From assembly GCF_009914755.1 (NCBI RefSeq), contig NC_060936.1: 64,000 nt of DNA; one strand, written 5' to 3'. This DNA comes from the human T2T-CHM13v2.0 reference genome, Homo sapiens. A program made the translations under genes and the position numbers. The notes beneath the pieces were generated by a model that was not told the DNA's origin, searched no databases, and worked only from the letters and a program-made list of their open reading frames with translations. Below are positions 48,161 to 62,631 of the stretch, piece by piece; position 1 is the first letter of the stretch; every line of letters begins with the position of its first letter.

Positions 48161-49826
48161 TGGTGGAAGAGGTTGCTAATTATGTCTCAGTGTCCCTTTT
48201 CTTCTTCTTTTAGTAATAGAATTCCTGACTATTAGCAAGGCACATGGCTACTTGACTAGATATAATATTTCACAGCATCCTTTGGAGCAACAAGACTAAG
48301 TCCTTGTCAATGGAAAGTGACAAGAAGTAATGTAGGCATTTTCTGGATTTTACTTTTAAAAAACAATTTCTGCTGGCTGGGAAATGATAACAATAGAACA
48401 GCTGAAGAGAGTCCATAAATGAGTCCCATATCTGTAGTAGAGTCTCTGCTCACCTCTGGATTGTTAGGTAAGAGAGAAACAAATTTCTATGTTATGAAGA
48501 CATGATACTTTGGGGTGGGGGTGGGGGTCTTTTTTTTAAAGAAGACCTTAGCGTATACCCTAATTAATATAGAAATTTGAACCAGAAGTGGGGCGTTGCC
48601 ATAACAAAAAGCTAAATTTTGTGTCATTGAATAGCAACAGGCAGAGGGTGACATGGGCATGAAATTTGATCTAGAAACATTGGTAATACTTGTTATTCTG
48701 TGATACGTAATTTGCTAAAACAGTTGCCTATCATAACTTGGAAGACATGCCATACACCTGCTGACCTTTAGCTCAGTGAGAAAAACTTTGCATATAGATA
48801 TATATTGGCTAGTCCTCACTACTTTTAACAATGTATTATAAGAAGCAATGGAAGTTATGGAATTATTAGCCAGCAAGCAAAGATAGAAGAGAATATAGCT
48901 CTGATAAGGGAGGTTCTTATTACCTATGGCTTGTAATCTAATGTGCTTGAAAGATTCAGTCATGCAGAGTTGGAAAATCTGTTTGTATTGCAAACAGCAG
49001 TAGATAAGTTTGATGATGGTGGCCTTTTCCATGTGCCTTCTGTTAAGTATTCAACTGCCAACTATTCAGTGCCTTCAGTTAGCTGGACAATTGAAGCCAG
49101 TCCAGAGCAAAGATTACACTGAAGATGCTGCCTTCCTGTTTCACATGGTTGCCACTAAAGTTAGCCAACATTAAATGAAAGGAAAGAGAGACAGGCTGAG
49201 CACAGAGACCAGTAGATAAAAGAGAAGACTTGGCTTAAAAACTGTGACCAGGGACAAACTTTGGCTATTCTGACTTTCACATAGAAGCCAATAGATTAGA
49301 ATCCTACTCAAAGATAGGGGTGACTGTGGTGTTTATTTGCAAAAAGAAGTGTGTACATAGATATTGGGAGGAGGGGTAGACATGGCAGAAGTGGATAATT
49401 TACCCTAGTAACCATTCTTGCTTTCTTTATCTAACAAAATGCACCCCCCACCCACCTAGTTTTAGCAGGATGCATGGTTACCTACCTAGTGACTATATTC
49501 TCTTAGCCTTCTTTGTGACTAGGGATTGCTCTGTGACTCAGTTATAGCCAGTAGTACATGAATGGGAGTTTTTTTTAAGTATTGGAACATCATTGGGTAT
49601 TTATTCCACTTCCCTTTCTGCAACTGGCTGAGAAATAGCAAACAATTGGAGTTGCCTTGGGCCAAAGAGAGATGTTGCATATTGATGACAATACAGCCAC
49701 TCCACGTCTGTGATACCACCCACTTCTGTATTGTTACATAAAGAAGCATAAATTTCTGTCTTATTTAAGCCACTCTATTTTTTGAGTGTCTTTGTTTCAG
49801 CAGCTTAACTGTAGTCTAATGAGCAT
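48161..49826 (+). mobile_element. MLT1J-like MaLR proviral remnant: LTR (48161-48570), internal region, LTR (49381-49826)
   Basis: Both LTRs share TTAGCA.G..CATGG.TAC, CTGGCTG.GAAAT and AAATTTCT.T.TTAT..A. The first LTR is followed at once by GAAATTTGAACCAGAAGTGGGGCGTTGCCATAAC, which resembles the MLT1-int start. Confidence 0.7.
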
Positions 49827-51353
49827 ATAGGCTTCTGCACACTCTCAGGTTCAATATAAGAAAAGATAAACAACTTTAAGTATTTGAAACGGAAAGATAT
49901 TTTACAAAACTGGCCGACCAGGGGAGCTACCAACTCTGAGACCAGCAATGGAGCTATGCCAGGGTCAAGAACCTAATGCTGCTACTATTGTTGCCATGGC
50001 TTCTGAACACTGGGTCCTGGGACGTGGTGCTAGGAGCCTTACCCTGTTTGTCAGCAGAAATAGCCAAGAAGGGATAGGAAGGTGGTGTCTGCCTTCTATA
50101 TCTTCATGCCACACTTGTGTGTATCCACCTTTTGGGACCCAAATTCCTTCCAGGACTCTAGCTGCAGGGAGATCTTGAAAATGTTGTTTTTGTCTTTGCA
50201 ACCTCACCAGTGAGAATGAATGGAAATTGAGTGAACAAATCCATAGTTCCAGCACTCATCTCATCGTTAAATGGAGGTGGTATGTTACCCACTTCAAAGG
50301 GCTACTGGAAGAATTAGATGAGATTTAATAAATGGGAAGTACATATATATGTTTGGTACATATTAAAAATTAAAAAAATACAGATACTATATTATAATAT
50401 CATTTAGTTACTTAAAATATCATGCCTGTTTGCCACATTCTTGTCTCTTTCACAAAAATGATTGGCTGGCTAGGGACTGTTAAGTTTGATAAGAATCGCT
50501 TTTTCTGTATAATAATATAAAAGTAGCAACATCTCTATTATTACAAAAACTACCACTTGAAGGTAAATTTTTTTTTTTTTGTGAATGCTAAATAAAGGAA
50601 GTGAGAGCCCTCCATGGTTTAACAATAGAGGAGTAAGACTAGAGAAAGCAGCAGGGGTGCAATCATTTTTACCATCTTCAAGAATCAGCATTCTGTTTTG
50701 GAACAATGGAAATCTATGGAAGGATATTAAGTTGGGGAGAGGCATTATCAGATTTGCCTTTCAGGAAGCTGTCTCTGGTGAAATGGAGAATACATTAGAG
50801 GAGGGATGGTTAGTGGGCAGTTGCAGTAATTTAGGCAAGCAATGGTGGTAGCTTAGACCACAGGAGCAGTGGCTCTGGGAGGGGAGACAAGCAGTTTGGG
50901 AGGTGTTCTCAGCAGAACTTGGTGATTGCTACCTCTGAATCCCGTCAAGGAAACTTTGGAGTAATAGAAAAATTTATGTTTCTCAATTAATATGTGCACA
51001 ATGTCTGTAGGTGCCTTTGGATACTTATTACCTGGTATGAATGAAAAGCCTGATTCTGATTCATACAATTAAATGAGAATAAAGGAAGATGATGTCGTCA
51101 TCTTTTGTTGGTTTACAACTATGAAGGAAGGAAATATTTTATAAAGTTTTCTATGAACTGGGACCAAAGTTATTTAATGTCTGAGTGTGAAAGGCTTTGA
51201 AAGCATAATTATGCTGCACTGTTAAGTGTTAGTGACCAAAGTGTTGATAAATTGCTTCATGTTAAATGACCAGACATTTTAATGATTTAGACATTTTACT
51301 CAGGCTACCCTCACAAGATACCTTGCACAGGGAGGCCCCATGTTAAAGTATAG

Positions 51354-51756
<403 letters not shown>

Positions 51757-52735
51757 TCTTACGGTTTCTTTTAAGTGGAGTGGATTATAAAGTGTGGCAT
51801 ACCCTGTTTTAAAATGGGTGATGTCTAAAGTAATTATAGGACATTGCAAAACTACAGGGATAGATATCAACTCAAGTGAAAAGAAGCTGTTCAGTTCCGT
51901 AGCAAAGAGTTCCTGTCATCTCTATCCCCACGTCACTGGTGGCGAATGTTGGCATTGCTGGTATCATTACAGGTAAAAGGTCAGTCACATTCCAACTTCC
52001 TTAGTCTTTAGTATTTCCTGTGCAGACTAAAAATATACTGGGAGAAAGTTGGCTGAGTTCAAAGGGTAGGAGAAATCTATTTCGTCCTGAGGAGCAGTGG
52101 CTGCACTTTTTTCAGTGTTTAATAGTGGAACATTAAAATAAATGAAATTATTTAAACAACTCCAGACTGTTTAATTCAATTAAAAAGCATTCATTGGATT
52201 TTTGCTTATGAAGATGTTCCTGATTCTTTTCTGCCTGCTCTGATAATCTAAGAGTTGATTTCCATCCTCCCAATCCTTCTTGAATCTAGCAAAAAAAGTA
52301 CAATTAAGAATAAATCTGGGTCTTTGAAAGAGTATCTTTTTAGCTGTTACAATTTTTAGAAGGTTAATTGTTAAATATGTCATTTGTCTGTAAGTGTGGC
52401 TAGTAATTTTACCAATTTTATTTATTTACTATATATTTATTGAATGCCTACTACGTATAGGACTCTCTTGAGCAGTCAAAGTTTTTCAAGGACGTACTCT
52501 GCTGAGGACAAATTTTTCTAAATTCTCACAGTCCCTATTTTACATATAGGGAAACCGACTGTTCTCTAGTCAGGAAAAAATGAGTTACCCTTGGTGACAG
52601 AGGGATCACCTGATCAGAGATCCACGGATGAGCCAGATGAGTTGTTTCTCAATCTACCCCTCTTCATTAATTTTCATGTCATGTGTGATTACATGACTTA
52701 GAATAATGTAAAATAGCCACAACACATAAAATATT

Positions 52736-52787
52736 ATTTTAAATAGGTATTCTTAAATAATTTTAAATAGGTATTCTTAAATAATTT
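52736..52787. repeat. Perfect 24-bp tandem duplication
   Basis: ATTTTAAATAGGTATTCTTAAATA x2 + ATTT. Confidence 0.95.
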
Positions 52788-53534
52788 GACAATAATCTTA
52801 TGCTTTGCCAAGTCTTTAAAAAAATACAAGTTTAGATTAGATTCTTTAAAATAATATGCAAAGAAATAAGAGATATAATTTAAAAAGGCAAGCTTATTTC
52901 TAAAGATTTTCAACTTTTTGTGTGTTGTTATTAACAATGAATAGTTTATTAAAGTTTTTAAGGAATCTATTTCCAGCTTAAAATCATAGAAAAAACAAGT
53001 AGGAGAATTCAGGAGTGTGATTCAGAGTTGCTTAAAGAGCATGCTAAAAGTCAACTTTTTTATTCCTTAGACTTGATATTCACAACACATTTCCTTAAAT
53101 GTCAGCATTTTAGTTCAATTTATTTTTTCCATTCATAGTTTATTTTTCTTTTCAATTGCAAAGTAATACATGTCCAGTCTCATGATATAAAAATGGATAA
53201 TATAAAGTATGTAGAATAGAAAACACCATAATAGCAACCCCCCGTCTCCCCCATCTTTCTACCAATTCCACCTGGGAACTCTTTATTGTTTATAGTTTGG
53301 GGAGTACCTTTCCAAGGCTTTTGTCTGAATTTGCAAGTAATTCTATTTCTAAAATGCGACTGCATTTTGTGAAGAGAATACTGCATACCCTCATCCCACT
53401 TTCATGAGAAAGACCCTGCAGGTGAAATAAAGAGTGGAAGGTAAGAGCAAATTCATATTGGATTAAATAAAATCTCCTCAGGTCACTTTTGTTTCTGGGA
53501 TTAGCTTTAGAGTATTCTCATTGTCTGCATTGTC

Positions 53535-53887
53535 TGCTATGGGCTGAATTGTGTCTCTCCAAAATTCATATGTTGAACCCCTAACCCACAATGAAACTGA
53601 ATTTGGAGATAGAGCCTATAAAGTAATGATTAAGGTTAAATGAGGTTATAAAGGTGGGGTCCTGACATGAGTGCTTGAGCTCTCTCACGCTTTCTCTTAC
53701 ACAAAGGTCATGTGAGCACACAGCATAAAGGCAGCTGCCCACAAGCCAGGAAGAGAAGCATCATCAGAAACCGACCATACTGGCTTCCTGATCTCAGACT
53801 TTCAGCCTCCAGAATGGTGAGAAATAAATTTCTGTTGGTTAAGTCACCCAGTCTGTATTTTGTTATGGCAGCCCAAGGTGACAAATA
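53535..53887 (+). mobile_element. MLT1A-like MaLR solo LTR
   Basis: TGCTATGGGCTGAATTGTGTC..AAAATTCATATGTTGAA..CAGCCTCCAGAA..GAGAAATAAATTTCTGTTG..TTGTTATGGCAGCCC. Imperfect 5-bp TSD TTGTC/TTGTT. Confidence 0.9.
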
Positions 53888-56384
53888 TTGTTTCTCCTTG
53901 ATGGCTGTGCATTTGGAGGGAGCCTCTGTGAGCCCTGACTTTCCTCTAGGAGCAGGTTGGGTAGGAAAGTAACATCGACCAGCTGAGTGTAGTTCATACA
54001 GATGTGGACCAGACAGGGCGTGAAAGGTGGAAGGAGAGGACTGGTCCCAAAGGCCAAACACCAAGACTGAAAGGCAAGCTTAGGAGAAATCGACACTGTT
54101 AGGAGGAATTGACAAAGTAAATCTTATGACAAATTTCAAAATTAAAAAATTTAAAAACCCTAATAGAAATAAAACGTCTCATTTGGATAATGTTTTAAAT
54201 CTTCTAAGTGCTTTTCTATCTGTCTTCTCATTGGATCCTCAGATTAACGTTTGAAGTTAGAGTTTATAATTATTATTTATCTAAGCTTGTCAGATGAAGA
54301 AACTAAGAGCCTAATAATTTAATTAAATGACTTGCGTAAGTTTTAACAGCTAATTTGCAACAGAGTAAATCTTATGAAAATTTCAAAATTAAAATATTGT
54401 CATAATAATGCAGAAAGTCTATTTTGGGAAGGCTGGCCAAAATTATAATGGAAATTTTTTTTATTTAAAGGGGCCCTTATTAATTTGCAAGGCTTTGCTA
54501 TGGTTACCCACATGCTAAAAACTCCCACATGTCCATCCCCCTCTGACTTCGGTGAGCTCCAGGCTCATATACCCAGTGCTTATTTGAAGCTCCTCTTGTA
54601 TTCCTCATAGGCATCATAAATGGAATGCAGAGTTAGCCAGGACTGAAGAACCCTCAAAAAAGGCTGTGGAAGAGTCCCCTTGCTATTGCACTTCCCCTGA
54701 TTCTTCTGACCCCAACCCTGGGCATGGTCACCATGGCTCATAGACATGAGTCACTGAGTGTATAGGTGTGGATCTGAGGGATTTTGGATTGGTTTCCAAG
54801 CTTGTTTATAGATTTGACTTCATAATGGTGATTTGTGTTTATTTCAGTGCTTGAGTCAGGAGGTTTGCCTGACATCCTGAAGACCAAGGTCTTCTCTGTG
54901 GAGAACTATCTAGCACATGTGACAGCTCTGAGAGTGTTTTTAAGAACAGGTTGATGTGTATGCTCTGTATTAATTTTTTTTTATAGATTTGAGGGTGTGT
55001 AGTCATCCATGCTCTTTTTGATCTTTGGATCTTTTGCTGCATTCTTAGTTAAGTTTGTAATCTACATTAATGGCAACAGAAGGGTAAACTGACTAAGAGG
55101 GTTATTACACACTGGTTTGTATTGCCAAGGGAGGCAGCACAATCCATTTTCCTGACGGTTTTGGCACGATCCTTCCTGGCACCTCAGAGATGGGCAATGT
55201 GATGTTATATACACTCTTGTGCTTGGTTATTAATCTGGGTGTTTTGGATGAACATAAAGTAAAACATGCAGGGAACCATTAATGTATTGTATGGGGAGGT
55301 GAGGTGGTAAATCATATCTCAGCTTCTCATCCATAGTGATTCATTGGGAACATTTTTCCCCATGCTTGGTTCCATGAGCAAATGAATGAAATTTCAGTCT
55401 CATGAAGATTTCCACCCATGAGCAAAATTTTATTAATTTTTTGCCTGTTCCAAATTACAAATTAGCTTTATTATTCTTGTTACTATTCAAATAGAACACC
55501 ATACAATACATTCAGTTTCTCTACTTGATCCAATTTCTTTGAAAATTTAACAAATATAATCAAATAGACTAAGCATAACAATTTTTATCAAATTCCACAT
55601 GGTATTTATTTGGATTGGTGTGTGTTATTTGGTAGGTCTCTATTTACCTATTTTGGAGGAAACCATTATTTCTTCCTTTTATTTTTATATATGCAATGTC
55701 CAATTTCAGAGTCTCATTTGCCTGTGAATTGAGAGAGTTCAGTGGACTCATGGAAGACTTGGGTTCTGGCTTTCGACTGCTTTTTTGCTTCCATGCATCT
55801 CTGATATTCTTACTCCTAGTAAAGATATCCTAGTAAAGATAACCTCCCACTAAGAGTCAGCAAACAATCAGCAGAAAAGATTGAGTTTCTCCCTTTCCAA
55901 AGCCAGTTAGTCAGTCAACAAACAATTCCTAAGTGCCCACCAAGCATTGAGCTCACCCTGGAGACACTGAGGCAGACAATCGTGATTGTGCAGAATCAGT
56001 TGGAACGAGGTTATCTGGATGGTGGTAAGGGAGACAGAATGAGAGGAAACAGAGGATTTGCACATAATTGATATTTTCAGTTAGATGAAAAAAATACATT
56101 TGAAGTTTGGGATTCAGCATCCCAAATCTAGAATAAGGGACCAGGAAGGCCCCTGCGTGCTTTATGAAGATCACTGATAGATTGTTACCGTGGGGCCCAT
56201 GGGAGTATCAGCAGGAGGGCAAGCCACACAAAAATAGAAAAGAGAAAAAATGTCCCCAAAGTATGTATATAATTGCAGTTTTACACTTAAAAAATTTTTT
56301 CTATATATGCAAAGAAGGTATGTTTTAAAAAAGATTGATGATTGTTAGAGCCAGAAGTGACTTTAGGAATGCTTGGATTTAGGA

Positions 56385-56518
56385 ATTTTCTAACTTTGGT
56401 GTACATCAGAATATCTTGGGAGTTTGTAAAAATAAATACCAATGCACAGATCCTAACCTGATGGCCAAGATCTGCTTTCCTAGGTAACTCTAAAATATAC
56501 TGAGGTTTGAAAACCACT
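56385..56518. mobile_element. MER5-type MITE fragment
   Basis: TTTTCTAACTTTGGTGTACATCAGAAT..GGTTTGAAAACCACT. Confidence 0.6.
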
Positions 56519-57916
56519 TATTAGTCCAGTTTTTATTTTACAGAGAAGAAAACTGGCATCCAGAGGGGTTAATATACTCACCCACGGTCATATCAATTCC
56601 CTTCCTAGTTTAATCTCTATTGGCTGTGTGCCCAGACAAGAAAAAAATGCATCCACTTTGGGAATTGTCCAGAGATAATTTTTTTTCCTGTCTTATGATA
56701 GAAAAGAAAGGAAATGTACAAGCAATTTGGGAAAAAATTACTACATATGTATTTGTGAGTATAGTTGCTAGACATATAGATATATATTGCAATCAGGTAG
56801 CATAGATTCAAGTTGCCCTGAATATACACTCCCCTTAGATATCTTTTATGGCTATAAAATTTTATGATAGATGAAACTATTAATAGATATTTTCTATTTT
56901 CTCATTTTTGCCTACAATTAAGAAAAAGATATTTATTTTTCGAACTATCCACGCCAGGGATTATACGGTGTTAGGCATAGTTAACTGAATTTCATCATCA
57001 CCCCTAATATAGGTAAGTATGCCAGGCTTATTGTTTTAGATGAGGAAACAAAGAGAAGTGTCATACTTATCACATTAAAATATTAATAAATTTATTAGAA
57101 TTATAATGGAAATGGAAAGTTCCTGACACTCTTGTTAGTGCTGGGCCTACAACCTCAGTTTTCATAAAAGATCTAGAGTTCAAGGTACCAAATTTTATCA
57201 AAATAAGTTTGGGTTTAAGTTCACCAACTCGCCTGTGGCCTACTCGTCCTTTCTGGCAATGATTAACACTAGTGTTTAATGCACGTTTTAAAGTGTGTTC
57301 TTTAAACTCTTTTACCAAACAGAACTTCCTTTTTATGTAATGAGTCAGCTCTCCGGGTATTTGTAGCCCGGGGAATTGCCTCTCCAGTGGTGGAGATACG
57401 GAGCCCAGCTGCCAGGGTAAACAGCCACTTCCTAATATAATTGCTCAGAAATGCTGGAGGAGAAAATGTAAGAAAAGAAATTGCTCTGTCTTGTAAACAG
57501 TCAACTGTGTTTTACAATAGCGTACCAGCACTCCAAATCATTCATCAACTTGAGTAACATGGCTGGATTTCACTGTTAGGTTTACTTGGTAGTCACATTA
57601 ATCCTTCTCTTCTACATAATGTGCCAGATTTCTTTGATGACAAACAGTACACCAAGGGTCTAAATATGGTTTTAGGAGCAAGCTTTTAACCAGACTCAAA
57701 CTTATCTCAGAGGCCATTTTCGCTTTCTCTCTTCTTGAGTGGGGCCAGAGCTCAAGTTTGACTCAGGACCATTTAGGGACTTTTTTCTTTATTTTAATTT
57801 TTCTAATGATATCATTACAAATTATTTTTTAAAATAGCAGTTAATTAAGATGGGAACTAAGCCAGAATCACATAATCATGGCCTGCAAAGAAGCTCCTAG
57901 GTTCATACATCAGTGA

Positions 57917-58326
<410 letters not shown>

Positions 58327-58479
58327 CAGAATTCATATTTAGAGAAAAACTTTCGGAGGTGATTTCAACTGATCATTGATCAGTCTTCCCACAGTTGTAT
58401 ACTGTTAAGTGAGCTTTATGTGTATGTGAGTTGGCGGTATCTTCATTTAATTTGCTGGATATTGATATTTTTAACTTGT

Positions 58480-60030
58480 TAGCAGCTGTTAAAAAATTCA
58501 AAATGTGCACATACAATATGTTGAATACAAATATCCTTCTTTCTTTTATTTTCCAGCCATCTTATTCCTTTCCCAATCACTGTTACTCGTTTCTTATATA
58601 TACTTATAGGGGTATGTTGCATATTTACAATCATATGCATATATAAGGATATGTGTATATATTTTTTAATACAGGTGATCGCATACTCTATACACTGTTC
58701 TGAACCATACTATTTTCCCCTTAACCATGTCTTGGAGATCTTCCCATCTCAATATTTAATAATATTGTCTTAATCTTCCACCATGGGACATTTAGTTATG
58801 TTTAATCTTTTGCTATTACAAAGATGCATTTTCATCTGTGGGAATATATTTATGGGATAAATACCCAGAAGTCAATTTCTGGTTCCAACAATATGTGTAC
58901 TTTAAATTTTAGTGATTATTGTCAAATTGCAAAAGGTTACAATAATTCATATTCCCACCAGCAAAGCAAGAATGTGCCTGTTTCTATAAATACTTGCCAA
59001 CACAATTTGTTAAATATTTTGATCTGCTTAAATTTACATCTTTTTTATTATGAATAGTATAGTGCCTATTTATAATCTAAGTCATTTGTTTTTTCCTTTT
59101 CTGTGGGTATTCCAATCCTTTGCCTTTAATTTTTTTTATTGATTTATAGTAGCTCTTTATTCAGGGAATAAATTAGTCCTTAGTTTGTCATGTAAAGTAC
59201 AATTTCTTTTGATCTTACCTATGATGTTTTGAGGTATACAGAAACTTTTATTTTTTATGTAGTCAAATGCATTTAATATTTGATATTATAGCTTCTGAAT
59301 TTTATGGAAAAATTTAGAAAGGCCTTTTCCACTTTTTTGAGGTTATGAAAAAATTCTTCAATCTTTTCCCCTCCTGGTACTCTTATAGCTTTATTTTTCC
59401 ATTTTAAATCTTGGTGTTACAGGAAAGGGGTCCCGATCCAGACCCCAAGAGAGGGTTCTTGGATCTCACACAAGAAAAAATTCAGGACGATTCCACAGTG
59501 CAAAGCAAAAGCAAGTTTATTAAGAAATTAAAGGAATAAAAGAATGGCTACTCCATAGACAGAGCAGCCCTGAGGGTGCTGGTTGTCCATTTTTTTGGTT
59601 ATTTCTTGATGATATGCTAAACAAGGGGTGGATTATTCATGCCTCCCTTTTTAGACCATATAGGGTAACTTTCTGACATTGGCATGGCATTTGTGAACTG
59701 TCATGGCACTCGTGGGAGTGTAAGCAGTGAGGATGACCAGAGGTCACTCTCGTGGCCATCTTGGTTTTGGTGAGTTTTGGCCAGCTTCTTTATTGCAACC
59801 TGTTTTATCAGCAAGATCTTTATGATCTGTATCTTATGCTGACCTCTTAGCTCATTCTGTGACTTAGAAAGCCTTAATTTGATGCAGCCCAATAGGTTTC
59901 AGTCTTATTTTACCCAGCTCCTATTCAAGATGGAGTTGCTCTGGCTCACATGTCTCTGACATTGGTGTAGCTGGAATTTTGGGGGTATGTAGAGTGAGGT
60001 AGGGATCCAGCATTTCCCACCAGATGGTTG
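58480..60030 (-). mobile_element. Ancient L1M fragment interrupted by MER41A
   Basis: GGACATTTAGTTATGTTTAATCTTTTGCTATTACAAA, ATTCCCACCAGCAA and TTTTTTATGTAGTCAAAT. Resumes after 59961 (GTGAGGTAGGGATCCAG). Confidence 0.7.
59415..59961 (-). mobile_element. MER41A ERV1 solo LTR (547 bp)
   Basis: TGTTACAGGAAAGGGGTCCCGATCCAGACCCCAAGAGAGGGTTCTTGG...CAAGATGGAGTTGCTCTGG..CTCTGACA with a 4-bp TSD TTGG. GGATTATTCATG joins directly to CCTCCCTTTT, so the tandem GAS segment is absent. Confidence 0.9.
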
Positions 60031-62134
60031 TGAGGACCTTCAGCATGTCTACTGAGCTCTATATTTAGGTCAGCCCTGGGCTAGGCAGGGTGTGGCTGGA
60101 GAGCAGGTGTAACCCTGCCTTGTAGAGCTACACTGGATTCTGGAGGGCACATTCCATTGCCCGTGTGTCTGCAATAAAGGCACTGGGGGGCTCTGCAGAG
60201 ATGTTAGGGGACTTATGGGAAGAGGAGAATATTGACTTATTGGAACAGAGTGGGGGTGAGTGGCTATGAGCATGGTGGTATAAATGGAGCAGTCAAGCAT
60301 TTCAGATAAAGAAAAATAAGAACCTGCTTTTGCCATTGGGAATGAAATTAATGTCAATATTTTGTATCCCTGTTACCTCACTACACAGTGATAGAGGGCA
60401 TTTAAAAATTTGATTTAGGACAACTCTGAACAGGTTTTTGAGGGTTTATGTTTATCTAACTTCAAATAAATCTAGTAATACTAACATCATCTTATGCACC
60501 TATAAATACAAGATTGGGAACTTCCAACAAATGCATAAGGCTCAAATGAGGGTGGTGCCAAAAGGCTACAACTTTGCTTTAGATTTTATACATTTGAAGG
60601 TCCAATAAGTCCCATAAAATGGCTATGTTTTTGTATTTTTCTTTTAGTCTGTGCTGGATGTTTGTTTCTTTCAGCTTTAAGTGTTCACAGGAGGGATGAA
60701 GTAAGATTCTTATTACTGAAGTCCTGATGTGTTAAACAGCCCAATTAGAGTAAGAGATTCTCCAGTCATTTCCAGGACATTTGCTGACTGGTGTCACTAG
60801 AAGTTCATGGGCTCCACCTTCAACTGGATCCTCTGTGCTGCCCCATAATCCGGCTTTCCTGGTCCGCTCCCTCCTCTGTTCTCACCTGACTGGAGTACGT
60901 ATCTATCAACATTTTGCTTTTCCATTCCTGCGGTGCCCTGTGATGGAGAGAAGTTTTGGCTTTCTGATTTTTGGAAAACTAGGAACAGGCTTCTGAGGGT
61001 TTATGCTCATCCAAATGTAAATACAACCTTGTTTATTTTTTTTTTAATGGAGGCAATTCCACACATTCCCTACCCTCTCTTCATTCACAGCACAAGCTCT
61101 CCTTCTGTGTCTTAGAGAAAAAAGAGGCCATCAGAGAGGAGCTCTGGCAACATCTTGCTATAGAGCCTTGTAGTTTGTCTCTGCATTTACCTTTTCTCCC
61201 TTTCCCCCTCATTAAACAAGAGAGCATTCCTTCCTTTATCCAAGGCCAATCACCCCACCTCTTACCTGGATTTTGTCACCTCTCATCTTCTCAAGAACCC
61301 TGCTCCTTTAACTATCCTCTCTCAGTATATCAACTTTTACATCAGTATATAGTCACCCTCAGAATGTCCTATCTTACAAGTAAATAAATAAGCAGAAACA
61401 TTGCCTTGACTGTGTCTTCTTCCCTCTGATTCATAGCCAAACTTCCTGAGAGTTGTCTATATTTACCTCTCCTTTACTCTCAGTCCTCAGTGTTCTATAA
61501 GTTCACTGAAATGATTCTTGCCAACATCTTTAACAAATTTTCAGTCTTTATTCTTCTTGAAGTTTGGGCCTTTTCACAACTGGGACCTCTCCCTCCTTCT
61601 TGATGTGCTCCTTTTCCTTCCCAAGACTCCTCTCTGGCAGCTCCTCTGGTGTCTCTGAGACTCTTCCTCCTGTGCCCATCTTCCAACACCAGGCTTCTTC
61701 GGGTTCCCTCCGAGCTTCTCATTTCTCCTGACATTATGTGAGCCAGCCTATGTCCAGTGCTTCAAGAACAACCCATCTGTGGTTAAGATCCTTGAATTTA
61801 GAGCCAGCCACATTTGGATTTTACTCTCAATTCCTACTCTTACATGTTTTGTTATCTGGACAAGTCACTTAACCCTTATAGTCTTAGTTTTCTCATCTTT
61901 AAAATGGGCACAACAATTCCTACTTCACAAGGCTGTAGTTGGGGGTAGATTTTATTAAATCAAATAAATTTTATAAAATCACTTCATTTATCCATTCAAC
62001 AAACACATTGGAGTCTATATTATATTACAGGTACAGGTACTTTTTTTTTTTTACTGTGACATACAATAAATAATACAATTTATAATGCCACCTAGGACAC
62101 ACATACACAAGCAAATTTTCATTAAGAAATTCCT

Positions 62135-62430
<296 letters not shown>

Positions 62431-62631
62431 GTGCTGAGCAAAGAGGGAAAAGCCCCTTATAAAACCATCAGATCTTGTGCAAACTCACTCACTATCATGA
62501 GAACAGCAGCATGGGGGTAACTGCCCCCATGATTCAATTACCTCCCACCAAGTCCCTCCCATGACACATGGGGATTAGGGGAATTATAATTCAAGATGGG
62601 GTTTGGGTGAGGACACAGCTGAACCATATCA
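62431..62631 (-). mobile_element. THE1 (THE1C/D-like) MaLR LTR, only about half present
   Basis: AAAAGCCCCTTATAAAACCATCAGATCT..CATGATTCAATTACCTCCCACC..GGACACAGCTGAACCATATCA terminus. The other LTR end is not found upstream of the Alu. Confidence 0.88.

Noticed and set aside
51794-51976. Cys/His-rich ORF ending at CAG|GTAAAA
   Set aside because: The spacing matches no zinc-finger type I know, and the acceptor is weak. Cannot be supported without RNA data.
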